From the NCBI RefSeq assembly GCF_009914755.1, contig NC_060940.1: 64,000 nucleotides of DNA; one strand, 5' to 3'. The notes below the pieces were generated by a model that had not been told where the DNA came from, did no database searches, and saw only the letters and a list, made by a program, of their open reading frames with translations. Positions 1 to 46,453 of this stretch are shown here, piece after piece. Position 1 is the first letter of the stretch. Every line of letters starts with the position of its first letter. This DNA comes from the human T2T-CHM13v2.0 reference genome, Homo sapiens. The position numbers and the translations under genes are program-made.

Positions 1-1365
<1,365 letters not shown>

Positions 1366-1669
1366 TCCTGATTTTAAACTTTTAAAATTGTTCCTTATAA
1401 GTCATGTACTCTAATAGGCCTTCATTTCAGAGATGCAGAGACAGGTGCCAGAAAGGAAGAGAAAGGACCTATCTCAGGTCATATCTAAGCCATGGCAGAG
1501 TGAGGACCAAAACCTGGGTCTGCAGAATTATGCAGTCAGTGCTTTTCTTGCTTGGTTCTTTGATTCATACTTACTTTGCTTTCTCTGAGCGCTTGTCTGT
1601 GTCAGATCAGTGTGGAGGTCCCTGTTTCCAGGAAGACTTTTTGTATATTCACTGCCTCCCATCCCCTTC

Positions 1670-2195
<526 letters not shown>

Positions 2196-2384
2196 CACCG
2201 TCCAAGTATTCTCTTAGTGCTTGCTGCTTAACATTATTGTAGCTCTTACTGCTTATTGAACTCTTATTTACTCATGTATCTGTAGACCTTAGTAGCCCCC
2301 AAACATCCCCAGGCTTTACTGCAGGGACCAGTGCCTAGTGAAGTGGTAGATGTCAATAGATGGATAGCCAAAATAACCACATAG

Positions 2385-29423
<27,039 letters not shown>

Positions 29424-30768
29424 GGACACCACCACCCATGCCCCTCTGTCCCGTGGAACTGTGCATCACATCCTGCTCAGTGGGCCTCTGTACCACCCTG
29501 TGGGTTTTCTTGGACACCTGGCCAGTGCTGAAGGGCTGTTGTGATGTTCTGAGGTTGGGCTCAGGCTGGGTGCTCTGCCATGGGCTGAGTGGCCCAGATA
29601 TTCTTCTGTCCATCTTTGGCCTGCTGGTGCCAGCAGGGGACACAGACTGCAAAGAGAAGCACAAAGTTTGAGCCTTGATTCCTGGACCCAGGAGCTCTCA
29701 ACTAACAAGGAGGCAGGAGAGGTCAACCCTTGTCCCATGCACATTGGGAAGACTTGGGGCTCTTTCTGTGACTGAGGACACAGGCACCCAGGATAAGGAC
29801 AAGGTCCTGCCTTTGGCTCCACATTGCCACATGACCCTTAAGGCAAGCAGGTAGCGTGTCCATAGTACTTGGTTGCGACATTTGCACTACATCCACTTTA
29901 GTTACTTGATGAGCTGGCTGTGGCCAGGGTGGCCCACCTGCCCTTCCCTGTTCCTTTCTTGCACGCGCTCCCTGCCTGGGCACACCAAACTGGTTGAAAC
30001 ACAGCTTTCTACCATCCAGGTACATGCCCAGGCCTGGTTCTCACCCCTGTTGGAGTCAGCTTTCAAGATTGCCTGTGCCCCTGCTCTGCCCCATCCTGGC
30101 TGGCAGGGCTGCATGTTTCCATCCTGTTTGCCTCTTTTATTTAATGCCAAAGTTTTAGCCAAAGACATCTTCCTACTTTTGTTGTGTTTCAGCATTCTGT
30201 TCTGCACTGTGGGCTGGCTCTCTGCCCCAACCCTGGGCACTGGCCCCTGGCTGGGCCATTTCATGGCTCAAAGCCTCTGGGGGCTCAAGGAAGGCTGGGC
30301 TGCTCAGTCCCTTCATGGGTCTTGCTAATGGAAAGTAGCATATATGTGCTTTAAAAATATTAATCCTTTTGAAAAGAACTGAGAAGAAAAATGTATAATT
30401 TTATCCCATTTTTAATATTTTGGTCTAGCAACTTGTGATACATAGATGACAATTTTGTGAGTTTTTCAAATGTGTGTACAGATTTTTGTAAATATGACTC
30501 TTTTGTAATTAACTCATGTACAGCCTCATCCTGTATAGTTTAATGATGAATGTGCAGGGGACCTGTCTCAGGCTCCTATATGGTTCCTGGGCCTTATAGC
30601 CAGGTTTGTGTGGCGCTCCCGACTTTTGTGACTGACTGGTGTCTTCCCATTTGGACTGTGGCCTGGCCAGAGCCCCTTGCATATCCCCACTGTCAGGGGC
30701 AGCCAGGACTGTTCCCATCCTCCTGGAATGGGGGAACCTTCCTTATCCCCTGCCCACATCCCCTCTCC

Positions 30769-30774
30769 AATAAA
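30769..30774 (+). terminator. PHAF1: PHAF1 poly(A) signal AATAAA
   Basis: First canonical AATAAA/ATTAAA I find on + after the stop at 29423; followed by GT-rich sequence (tgtgctgttg..gtttgt). Confidence 0.75.
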
Positions 30775-31568
30775 GCACCTGTGCCCTCAGCAATGGCCTG
30801 CCATGTGCTGTTGCTGGGATGTTTGTATTAAGGTAAGTGTGGGTATTGGTTTTTTGAGCAAGGGGGTGGTTGAAGCATATGGGGAAATTAATAGTGGTGG
30901 CATCTCAGGGGAAGACATTCCTTGGCTCCTCTGAGGGGATACAGCCTCCAGTGGGAGACTGGCATTGTTGTGTGAGTTCAGGAGGTGAGGAAAGACTAGG
31001 TAGGACCGTGCACTCATTTGTCCCTTATGTGTGGCTCCATCCCTGGTGCTCAGCCACACCTGGGCCCAGGAGAGGTTGTGGGAAGCATAATATCTGTTTT
31101 CAGATGAGCTATGGCAAAGTGCCTGCCAGGTTCATGAATTCAGGCTGTGGCGGCCGGAGCCCCTCCACCTCCCTGTGGGGCCTGGCCTTGAGAGCCTCTG
31201 CATACGTCCGCGTCAGCCTAGGGGGTTCCAAATCCAGCAGAGTGGTAGGATTCCCTAAGTCCCTGCCACCACACCAGAACACACCTCTGTGCTACTAGGA
31301 GGACCAGACATATCCACTGCTCTGGGACCTGTTGGACAAGAGATGGTCATCTACCACCCAGCCTTGGCTCGCTCAAAGGGTCACCATTACACGGGTTTCA
31401 ACTGGTTCCAGCAGGGTGGACCGCCAGGAGCCAAGCTTAACCCCCATCCCCTGGGATCCTGTGGAGACAGGCACCTGGTGATCAGGGAAGAACCACATAC
31501 ACGGCAATAATCTGGGAAACCGGCTCCATTCTGGGTCTGAGTTAGGAGCTTGGGGCTGTAGTGGGGAG

Positions 31569-32777
31569 CTAGGAGTCCCATTGGAAGGGGCCTGCAGCGA
31601 CAGGCTGTGGATGCGCACAGGCTGGCCCATGCGGCCCGTGCAGCAGGCGCCACATAAGCCAGATGTCAGCGGCCGAGAGCCCGTGCACTACAACCAGCTC
31701 ACGGTAAAAGCAGGGGTCGAAGGTGCTCAAATGCGGCGCGGCTGAAGGCTGGGGGATGCCAAAGGTGCGGAAGGCAGGGTGAGGCTCGGGCGTGAGCCGC
31801 AGGCGCTGCAGACACATGCCCAGAAAGACGTCGTCGATGGGGAAGAGCTCGACCTGCGCACAGGCGCCAGCCAGGCGGTGCAGCGTGGCCCCGGAAAGCA
31901 CAAAGCCACCGCCGCCCGCGTAGGCCGGATAGGCGGGCAGGCCGTACACGGCCTCGGGGATGTAGTACTTGCTAGCCCGCGTGCGGATGGGCCGCGCATG
32001 CACAATTACGTCACCAGCAAGCAGGTCTTGCGCCGGGTCCCGCGGCGCCAGGAACTCCAGGAGATTTCCCACGTTCACGAACACATCTGCGTCGCCCTTA
32101 AAAACGAAGCGCACGTCGGGGCAGAAAGCTGAGGCCCAGGCTAGAAAGTGGATCTCCTTGAGCGTTAGGTTAAAAAAGGTGTCGTCGAAGGCCCAGAGCA
32201 GGATGTCCGCATACGCAAGGCTCTCGGCCCGCAGCAGGGCGCGCCAGTGGGTTCGCGCGCCCTCCCCAACTTCGTCGGCCCCGCCCGAGCCTGCGCCCCT
32301 GGGCACGCCCAGCAAGAACACGCGGCGCACCAGCGCCCCCTGCACGCGACCCTCCGCGCCCCACGTCTGGCGCACGGCTTGGCGCCGCTCGAAGTCCTCT
32401 GCCACCGACTTGACAGCAATAAGCAGGTCCGGGCGGCCACCGGGTGCGCCGTCGCCGCGGCACTTGTGCGGCTGGTTAATGAGCAGTGGAAACCGCCGCT
32501 GGTCCTTGGCGCGCAAATAGCGGGCGAAGTCAAAGGGTCCCGTAGGCGTGGGCGGCGCCGGTGTGTCCCCTTCGTAGGCCGGCGGGGCTGCACCCGCGTC
32601 GGGTAACTGGAACGCGCGGGGTCCGGGGGTGGGCCTCGGTGCCGCCCTCCCTCGCCCTCGCGGCGCGCTCGCCGTCGGGGCCGCGCCGTCGCGCTGCGCA
32701 TAGAGTAAGAGGCCCAGGGAGGCGCCAAGGAGCAGCGTGAGCAATGCGTCCCTGCGTAGGCGCAGCCTCCTCCTCAT
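31569..32777 (-). CDS. B3GNT9: UDP-GlcNAc:betaGal beta-1,3-N-acetylglucosaminyltransferase 9 (GT31 family), single coding exon, 402 aa
   Basis: ATG at 32777 ([27 protein letters not shown]: short basic tail plus type II TM helix). GT31 motifs [54 protein letters not shown]. 1209 nt. Non-coding exon 1 donor GTGAGT at 33156-33151; acceptor before 32963. Confidence 0.95.
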   Translation of the reverse strand: MRRRLRLRRDALLTLLLGASLGLLLYAQRDGAAPTASAPRGRGRAAPRPTPGPRAFQLPDAGAAPPAYEGDTPAPPTPTGPFDFARYLRAKDQRRFPLLINQPHKCRGDGAPGGRPDLLIAVKSVAEDFERRQAVRQTWGAEGRVQGALVRRVFLLGVPRGAGSGGADEVGEGARTHWRALLRAESLAYADILLWAFDDTFFNLTLKEIHFLAWASAFCPDVRFVFKGDADVFVNVGNLLEFLAPRDPAQDLLAGDVIVHARPIRTRASKYYIPEAVYGLPAYPAYAGGGGFVLSGATLHRLAGACAQVELFPIDDVFLGMCLQRLRLTPEPHPAFRTFGIPQPSAAPHLSTFDPCFYRELVVVHGLSAADIWLMWRLLHGPHGPACAHPQPVAAGPFQWDS

Positions 32778-33360
32778 CTCCGCGCGGCCTGCGCCCTCCC
32801 TCCCCTGTAAGGGTCGCAGTCGGCAGCAGGGGGCAGCGAGCCCCGCCCTCCCCAGCTGAGGGGGCGGGAGGCCACGCCCCGGGGGGGGCTCCAGCGACCG
32901 ACGGTTGAGCCCCTTGCGTTGTTCTCCTCCTCCCGGCCGTGTCGCACCGCCGGGACCGGCAGCCTGAAGGGACAAGAAGTTCACCCATGTAGCCAACTCC
33001 CCCGCGGCCTCAGCTCCGGCCCAGGACTGCGACCCAGGGCCGGGCAGGGAGACTGGGAGCCTCGGCCCCTCCCCCGCCCGCCTCCCTCGCGCTGAGGCCG
33101 AATCCCTTCCACCCTGCCATCCCCTCAATGTCGGGCCCTGGGGTCCCGACACTCACGCTCGGCCCTCGGAAGTGGCGCAGCCCCGGACGCCCTGGCCTCC
33201 GGGGCTCAGCGCAGGGTCCGAGGGGCCGCCATGGACCGGGCCCGAGCCAAATGCAGCGTTGGCAGGAAGGGGGACCGGTGCCGTGCCACGTGACCCTCCA
33301 GCTGTGCGCGCCCAGACTTCTGGAGCTCAGCTCCGCCCCGGCGCCAGGAGCACTCCGGCC
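31600..33360. promoter_or_regulatory. CpG island spanning the B3GNT9 promoter and CDS
   Basis: Visibly dense CpG and very high GC compared with flanks; E-box GTCACGTGGC (-) at 33285-33294. Confidence 0.8.
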
Positions 33361-34396
33361 TCAGAGTGGGGACTAATCCCTGAGAGGGAGCCTCCTCACT
33401 CTCAGTCCCTCTGGGAAGGGCTGGTCTGGGTGCTCACACCCCAAATTCGCCTTTCTGGGGATTGGGAAGAAGCATCAACTCCCCTGGTTAGCTCCCCCAA
33501 CTATCCACTCCCCACTCCCGCGTCTCTGGAGTGGGGCGGAGCCTGGGCTGCTAGGAGCCCCTGAGCAGGCCGGTTCCAAATGCGCATGAACCTGGCCACC
33601 ATCCCGGGCGGGCCTCTCCTCAGCAGCCCTGATTCCATCAGGCAGGGTGCATACGCTGCCCCCGAGACACATGGCTGTCTTCTTACTCCTGGTTCTGCCA
33701 TGCTCCCCACCCCCAGTAAACACACGCACGGGACAAACAAGGCAGCCCACCCAATCCTCAGGGCAACTCTGCCAGCAGCTCTCATTCATGCCCAGATGGG
33801 GACACTGGGGGGCTCTTCGGGGAGTTAAGTGACTTGCCCAGGATCCAAAGGCCAGAAAGCTCTGCCCCCAGGTCTTCTGAAATTCAGGCCAGGATTATTT
33901 TATCTGTCCTTGCCCCGCTCATTCATCCACTGGGATACAGAACAGGGGGCCAACCCAGTCTGCTTTAATTTCACAGGCAAGCACTTCAGCCTGTCTCCCC
34001 GGGGGCTAATGGACCTGAGCCCAAGCCAGGTGCAGTTCTGAGTCCCCTGGTCCCCAGCATAGCCTACTGCAGGTAGAAATGATCAGGCCTGTGCAGCTGC
34101 AGGTCAGACAGGGCTGGCAAGGATGGGGACAGCTTGGGAAGACTCCTGGCGGAGGCCTTGGCTAAAGGATTGCTCTGGGATGCAGGTGGACAGAGGTGCT
34201 CTGCAATGGAGAGCTAAGTCCTTGCGCAGCTCAGCTGCCAGCTCTCTCTTTCTTGGTCCCAGCCCATGTGGTGGAGCCTGGAATAGACAGCCTCTACTGG
34301 TCTCTTAAGAACCCAGCCCCATCCTCTGTCCAAGGGCTATATCTGCTCCTGACGGCTTCTTCCCACCAATGTTCAATCTTAAAAAGCCACCTCTCT

Positions 34397-36470
<2,074 letters not shown>

Positions 36471-36503
36471 CTTGTATTTCTCACATCAAAATCCGTGTTA
36501 TAC

Positions 36504-36509
36504 TTTATT
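36504..36509 (-). terminator. TRADD: TRADD poly(A) signal AATAAA
   Basis: tttatt on + about 430 nt after the stop, just before an Alu. Confidence 0.75.
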
Positions 36510-36940
36510 ATCATTGCTTAACATTCGGGGTCCCACGCTGAGTGTGAGCTGGGGGCAGGCAAGATTGATTCCTGTTTTACTTCACTGCAGTATCTGCAGC
36601 ACCCAGGATGAAGTCCAGGACACCAAAGATCAAGGTGCTTCATGAGTGAAACTGTAAGGGCTGGCTGTAAGCCCCGCTTCTGGGATGGGAGAAGGTGAGG
36701 CTGATCTCCAAAGCAGGTCCCCCCCACCCCACACTCTATCAAAGTACCTGAGGCAGAATCCCCAATGATGCACCCCCAGTGGTCTGGCTCCTGGGGAAGG
36801 CAATCAACTCTGCCCCAGCAGGTCCAGCAGATAGGCCAAGTGGAGTTTCAGGGTCCCGTGGATGGACAGGGGTTCAGCAATAGCCGCAGAAGGAACCCTA
36901 AGGCCATCCAGGTTCTCCAAAAGCTGGCTGCACCCCTGGT

Positions 36941-38952
36941 CTAGGCCAGGCCGCCATTGGGATCGGTCAGGCCCAGCAAGTCCTCTGCCAGGCTGGTGAG
37001 CTCGTTCTCCTCGAGTGCCTCCACCAGGCGCTGCAGCGTGGCGCGGCGGCCCTCGGCCTGCACGAAGCGCCGCAGCAGCTGGAAGGCCTGCTCGTACAGT
37101 CCCTCGCGCTCGTACTCGTAGGCCAGCGAGTCCAGCGCCGGGTCCCGCAGCGCCCGGCAGCCTCGCTGCAGTGAGCGCCCCACCTTGCGCCATTTGAGAC
37201 CCACAGAGCGCGCGAACGTCTGTTGGTCCTTCAGGCTCAGCGGCCGATTCACTGCAGAGGGAGTGGGGAAACGGGGTGAGGGCGGGGACCCCCAGCGCCG
37301 GTCCCACCCATCCCCACCCGGCAACGACCCCTGCCCCTCCCCAGACTCCAACCTCCTGGTGACCCCGCCTCTCCACCTGCGCCTCACCTACAGGCTGACC
37401 CTGGAACAGAAAAGTCTGGGCAGGTGGCGGCGGCGGCGGCGGCTTCACCTCCGACAGAGAGGGCACCGGGGGCTGCAAGGGGGCCGAAGCGACCTCCCCG
37501 TCGCCACCCCGGGCCCCCGAGCCGCACTTCAGATTTCGCAGCGCATCCTCCAGCTCAGCCAGTTCTTCATCCCGGAGCCGGTCGGGCTAGGGGAATGGAA
37601 CGTGCCGTCACGGGGGACTTAACCGCGGATCCCCGCCCTACCCCATCCTGACCCTAGCCCGGCCGCACCTGCTGGGCTAGGATGCAACTCAAACAGCGCT
37701 CCTCGTCCGCCAGCAAAGCGTCCAGCCGCTCGGCGCCGGCGCGCAGCTCCAGTTGCAGCGGCACCGAGTGCTGGGCGAGCGCGGCCGCCAGGCTCCTCTG
37801 CAGCGCGGCGCGCAGCGCCCCCTCGCGGTAGGCGCGGAGGAAGCGGCCACAGGGCTGCCGCCCGCAGAATCGCAGCTGCACGATCAGCTGCGGGTCGCTG
37901 CGGTGGATCTTCAGCATCTGCAGCACGTCCGGGCTCCCGCCGCTCTCTGCGGAGGCGGGCGGTCAGGCGCCGGGCGGTCCCCAAGCTCGGCCGTTCTCCA
38001 AACGGCCGGAGGAGGGGCGAAGCCCGTGGTGAAGCCCCGCGTCCCATCCCCTGACCTAGGGTGCAGTTACCCCAGAGTACCCAGCTGGGAAGCAAAATTG
38101 GGATACAAACAGCAATAACCCAGAAAGAAGACCAGGATCTGTCACAGGGAGCACCCTAAGACAGAGTGGGTGCCACCTAACCCCCGCTCTCACGCCCCAA
38201 ATGAGGGTTGGCAAAAGAGAGGGACTTCGAAGCACAGAAAAGGGGGCGTGTGCCCTGGGCAAACAAGCCGTCTGGGTAGGCGGCCAGCAGGGCAGAGGAG
38301 GGCGAGAGGTCTCAGGTCTTCGGCCTCCACCAAGCGCGACTCCCACTGCTCGGGAAGAAGAGGGGCTCTCGCCGCTCTGAGGCCACGAACAGATCCCCCA
38401 ACCCGCTTCAGCCTCCTGTGGCCTCTGCCCTGAGATGGGAAAGGGGGGCCTGGAAGGGTAGGTACTGGGGAGGGGTCTTGAGCAAGGAGTGCTGCAGTAA
38501 GAGAGGAAAAGAGGAGAGAGACATCCACAATTAGTAGAAAGGAGTGAGCCGGCTGGTGGAGGGGGGCGGGGATGGAGCAAAGGACGTTAGTGCACAAATT
38601 GGTAAATCATACACAGACTCGAGAACACACGCCTATCCTCAAGGTCATGCCACAAGCAAAGAAGAGAGTCTGCACAGCCAGGGGTCCTCCGTCTTGCTCC
38701 TCCCACCCCAAATCTTCTTCTTAAAGGTGGCTAAACCCAGGCCCACCCACAAAATGCTCCAGGCCACCCCTTCCTCTCCACATGCCCGCCCATCCACGCA
38801 CCTGCCAAGGCAGCCTGCAGAGCCCTGTACACTGCCACCTTCTGCTGGGGGTGCGCGTAGGCATCCGACAGGACCACCTTGTCCAGCGAGGACTCCACAA
38901 ACAGGTATGCGCTGCCCACCCACTCTTCGTGCCCATTTTGCCCAGCTGCCAT
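36941..38952 (-). CDS. TRADD: TNFR1-associated death domain protein, 312 aa
   Basis: Coding exons 38952-38802, 37946-37669, 37586-37388, 37251-36941 = 939 nt. [22 protein letters not shown] (TRAF2-binding N domain) to death domain [22 protein letters not shown]...GLA*. Non-coding exon 1 ends at 42130 (donor GTTAGT); exon 2 begins at 38960. Confidence 0.97.
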
Positions 38953-39028
38953 CTCACCTCCTGGAGATGCAGACAGTCAGGTATCCAGTTCATCCCCCCT
39001 CCCTCCACCCTGGAGACAACTACCCAGC

Positions 39029-39095
39029 CCCACGTGGTTCAGCTGTCCCCACCACAGTAGCCTCAAGTCCCACATGGTTCAGTTGTCCCCACCAC
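39029..39095. repeat. 40-bp-period imperfect tandem duplication in TRADD intron 1
   Basis: cccac(g/a)tggttcag(c/t)tgtccccaccac x2. Confidence 0.8.
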
Positions 39096-39469
39096 TGGTT
39101 GGCATACTTGGGACAGGAGTTCACCATCTCACAGGAAGCCCCTTGAGCTCCTGGCTCTGTACAGAGTCCCACCCGCCCCAGGCTTGCAGTGAGGACTGTC
39201 CCTCCACTGCCTTCTTGGAGAAAGAGCCCAAGGTCACAGTGGAGGGGGAGCAGAGGCAGATCCTGCAATGGGGCTTCTCTGCTTCCTTCTCAGGCCTGTG
39301 TGTCTCTCTTACCAATGCGGACAAGAGACATCTTCATTCTGGATGGTGCCCATGCCCCAAAGCCAACCAGACCCATATCCTGGCCTTGCCTTCTGAGTAG
39401 ACTTGAGCCCAGCATTTCTGGAGGACCTCAGCCTAAGACTAAACCTCCTGTCTTCACTTCGAAGGGCAC

Positions 39470-39980
39470 CTGTAGTTTGCATCTACCCAGATTCTCTCCC
39501 CAAGCCTGACTTACCTTTGGGGACTTCCCTCCTCCCTCTTCTCAATCCATGTGCCTGTGTCCCACTCCCTAGTTCCAGGTCGGGCTTGTGTACCAGACCT
39601 GGCCAATCTGCATATTCCATTCACATTTCTGCAGTGATTAGTTCAGGGCGGGGTATAGGACTTAAGTTGGACCCATGAGAATCAACGCTGCGACTCTGGT
39701 TGAGCCAATAGGAAAGAGGCACTACTTTCCCTTCCCTTGGGGCTGAACTGGAAGGAAAAGGTAGCTCTCCTTTAGCACTGCTTGGGAAGAGCCTGGCTGG
39801 GAATGAAGCTGACACAGAAAGAAAGAGTCAAGAGATGGAGAAGTGCATTCCTAAGCATACTAGGCCCCTGGATCCAGCCGTCCCTGAAGCCATTGCACAC
39901 TGGACTTTTCAGTTATGTGAGCTAAATAATTCCTTTTTGTTATAAAGCCCTTGGAGTTCGGCTCCAGTCATTTCCAACAC
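39470..39980 (+). mobile_element. Old MaLR LTR (MLT1-family) fragment in TRADD intron 1
   Basis: ctggatccagccgtccctgaagcc...cttttcagttatgtgagctaaataattcctttt resembles the MLT1 3' end; degenerate. Confidence 0.5.
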
Positions 39981-40399
39981 AAATTGCTCTATTCCTTCCC
40001 TGTCCAGAAAAAGCCAGGGCCCCTTGGTGCTAGTATAGTATCTCCTTCCTCCATCTTCTGACAAAAACCTAGCTCTGGACCAGCGGGGGCAAAATTCCCA
40101 GCCAAGGAACCACTGCACTGACCTACAGCTCAATGGTCTCCCAGTTACTACCCCGTGAGACAGCAAGTAGAAAACTGCCTCCTCTTTCTCCCCACCTCAC
40201 CCTTTTCCTACCCACCCTTTTCCTATAATCATGGGCTCAAGGCCCTACCTCCTGCCCCATCAGTCACACTCCTGTACTCTCATCAGGGTTTATATATGGT
40301 GGGCTAAGAGGAGTGTTGAGTGTTAGCTATGGGGCAGGACAGATGGGGTGGCCCAGCTGCCATCTGTTTACATGAGGAACAGGAAGCTGTCCTCCTGCC

Positions 40400-40755
40400 C
40401 TGGCCTCCCAAAGTGCTGCGATTACAGGAGTAAGGCACTACTCTCGACCTTTGTTTTTTCAATTGTCTTGTTTTTGAGACAGGGTCTTGCTCTGTCACCC
40501 AGGCTGGAGTGCAGTGGCACTATCGCAGCTCACTGCAGCCTTGACCTTCCCAGCTCAAGCAACCCTCTCACCTCAACCTTTCAAGTAGCTGGGACTTTAG
40601 GCACACGCCGCCATGCCTGGCTAGTTTTTGTATTTTTAGTAGAGATGGAGTTTCACCATGTTGCCCAGGCTGGTCTCAAACTCCTGGGCTCAAGCGATCT
40701 GCCCACCTCAGCTTCCCAAAGTGCTGGGTTACAGGTGTGAGGCACCACACCCAGC
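40400..40755 (-). mobile_element. Alu (J-like) plus fragment
   Basis: Alu consensus. Confidence 0.85.
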
Positions 40756-41699
40756 CTTCTAATCTTTTCATAGAAAACATTAATACTTGTGTACTTACGC
40801 CAAACCACAGTCTGGATAGTAACAGGAAGTTTGCATTTTGTTTATCTCTGGGCAGGATGAAGGAAGGTAGGTGGGGGTGGGGAAGGATTGTGGGTGATTT
40901 TTATTTTCTTTGTATTTAGCAATATTTTCTGCTTTATGTGAAGTAGACATATTTTCTTTGTATTAAAAGAGCAAAATAAATTTGTTTTCTTTAAAAGCAA
41001 AACAAGAAAAAACAGGAAACTCTGCAGGTGACAAGTGGGTCCATAATAGGGAGCCAGCCACGGAGGTGAGATAAGGGGGGAGTCCTTCGAAAGTGGCCTG
41101 GGGAGTAGGAGAGAGTGGGAACTTCCCCTGGAAACATTCCCTCTTTCATGTCTTTCTGGCCCCTTGACTTGAGAGTGCTTGACTTGGTTATGGTCCCACC
41201 CCAAGGGGTGGAAGTGGGGACCGAACAGGACCATTGTCTGCCCATCAGGTCTGTGGGGGTCGAGGGGGAGGTGGGGAGTACTGGGAACCTGGAGACTGGG
41301 GATGCTTTCTCACACTCACTAGTACTAGAAGATGGGGAAGGTGAACCAGGCTGGAGGTCGAGTTAACAGGGTAAAGAGGCCAGGGCCCTAGTTTCGCATC
41401 CGCCGACTGGCAGCTCTTCTTACGTGTTCTTTCACGGAAGCCCCTCCTTGGGAAGCCCCGCGCCCCACCCACCAGGAGTCGTCCCTTTTTGGGCGGGGCT
41501 GAGGCTTCCAGGCTGGGTCCTGAGAAAGTTTGGTGGCCGGAGACTGTGGGGCGCTTAGGTACCGACCTAACAACTTCTGCGCCTGTTTCCAGGGACGAGC
41601 CACGCACGGTGCCCCCTGAACACCTAACAGTCCCGGGGGCAGCCCCACCTCTGGCTGGGTGGACAGAGACAGCCTGTGGGCGTGGCCCAGAACTGAAAG

Positions 41700-42450
41700 C
41701 CTGTGACTCCTTGCGACCCGCCGGGCACACCCCCTACTCAGCTACGCAGCTCCCGAGCGCTTGAGGGGAGCTTCCCAGGCTCCCACTAGCCCACCCTCAA
41801 GCTGGGGTTTCGCACGTGCGATCGGCTGGGGTGGGCAAGGGGGTCTCCGCTCAAGGAAAGTATTCAGAACCAGCCCCTTCTCCCCCACCCTCTCTCCTGC
41901 AGGGCCCTACTGCACCTCGAAAGTGCTGGCAGGGACGAGGAGCCTGCGGGGGCCAAATTCCGTACCGTCCCCCGCCTCCCACGGTGTTCGAACAGCTCAG
42001 TAGACCGCCGCCACCAGCTGGCTGGAGCAGCCGCCGGTGACATCTGCGCCGCGCCCACGCTTCGGAGCCAAGATCCACCTCCTCTCCCGCCCGCACCGGG
42101 GAGCCCACCCACCCACCTGCTGCACTAACCTGGCCGCCTCGGCGGGGCCTGGGTTCCCACGCCCGCCAGGCTCCGCTCTACTCCGCCGCTTCCGGGTGTG
42201 CGCGGAGGCGCTGGGGCGGTGCCCTAGCCCGAGCCGCCCCGTCCGCCCGCGCGTCCCGCCCCGCGGGCTCCCGGTGGCTGCTTCCCGTCCGCTGTCCTCT
42301 GCTGCCAGTCCCCTGCCCCGGGCAAAGCCCATCTGGTCCGCCGAGCAGGTAAGACACCAGCGCCCAAGGTTAGACGGCAGGAAGACCCGACTTTGGGGGT
42401 TTGCGATTCTTACGAGGCGGGGGGCTCGTAAGAGCTACAGCTGCCAGACT
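41700..42450. promoter_or_regulatory. CpG-island bidirectional promoter, TRADD (-) / FBXL8 (+)
   Basis: Divergent first-exon donors at 42129 (-) and 42349 (+, GTAAGA); ETS/GABPA core CTTCCGG at 42189-42195; several GC boxes. Confidence 0.85.
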
Positions 42451-42707
42451 TCGGTAAATCAAGGGGGCGCCCCCTGGAGACCAGAATTTTCTGGTACCCC
42501 TGGGGATCCGGCTTCAAGATCGCTGCTACCAGTGGGCACTCAAAACGGGGTGCCCATGGGTCCCAGGTACAAGCCCGGCCGAACGTATCTGAAGCCCCAG
42601 GAAACACGTGGCACAAATTCCGGGAGAAACTGTTAGCCCGGAAGATATGGGAACATTAACTGGCGAGTAGTGTGAAGCCTTGTGTACACAAACCTTTAAG
42701 AACCTTA

Positions 42708-46112
<3,405 letters not shown>

Positions 46113-46447
46113 TTGGGCGACTTCTCTCCCCCGTCCCCGTGGACGTAAGCGCTCTGAGAGGGAACGGGGGGGGGTGTCCAGGCGCGCCCCGAGTGCTAGT
46201 GCCTTCTTTTGGGATTGTTGCCCCCCGGGTCTTTACCGAGTTGGGAACTGTGATGGCATCGGGACCAGTCCTGGGCGCCCTGAGACCACTCGCTGCTCTC
46301 ACCCTCTGCAGACGCCCCACCCGCTCGGTCCTGGACACACTGCCCCCCTCTCTTGCCTCCACCCCTCTGCGGACTCTGCAGCTCCGCGGCCCCGGCGCAG
46401 GGAGAGGGAGGGCACGGGCGCGGGCCGGGCCTCAAGGGTGAGTGTGA

Positions 46448-46453
46448 AATAAA
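46448..46453 (+). terminator. FBXL8: FBXL8 poly(A) signal AATAAA (second signal ATTAAA at 46480-46485)
   Basis: Canonical hexamer about 335 nt after the stop. Confidence 0.75.

Noticed and set aside
32778-33152. 125-aa N-terminal extension of the 527-aa ORF
   Set aside because: Starts at a non-ATG codon inside the intron (donor 33156, acceptor 32963). An open frame is expected in very GC-rich DNA. ATG 32777 gives the normal type II topology.
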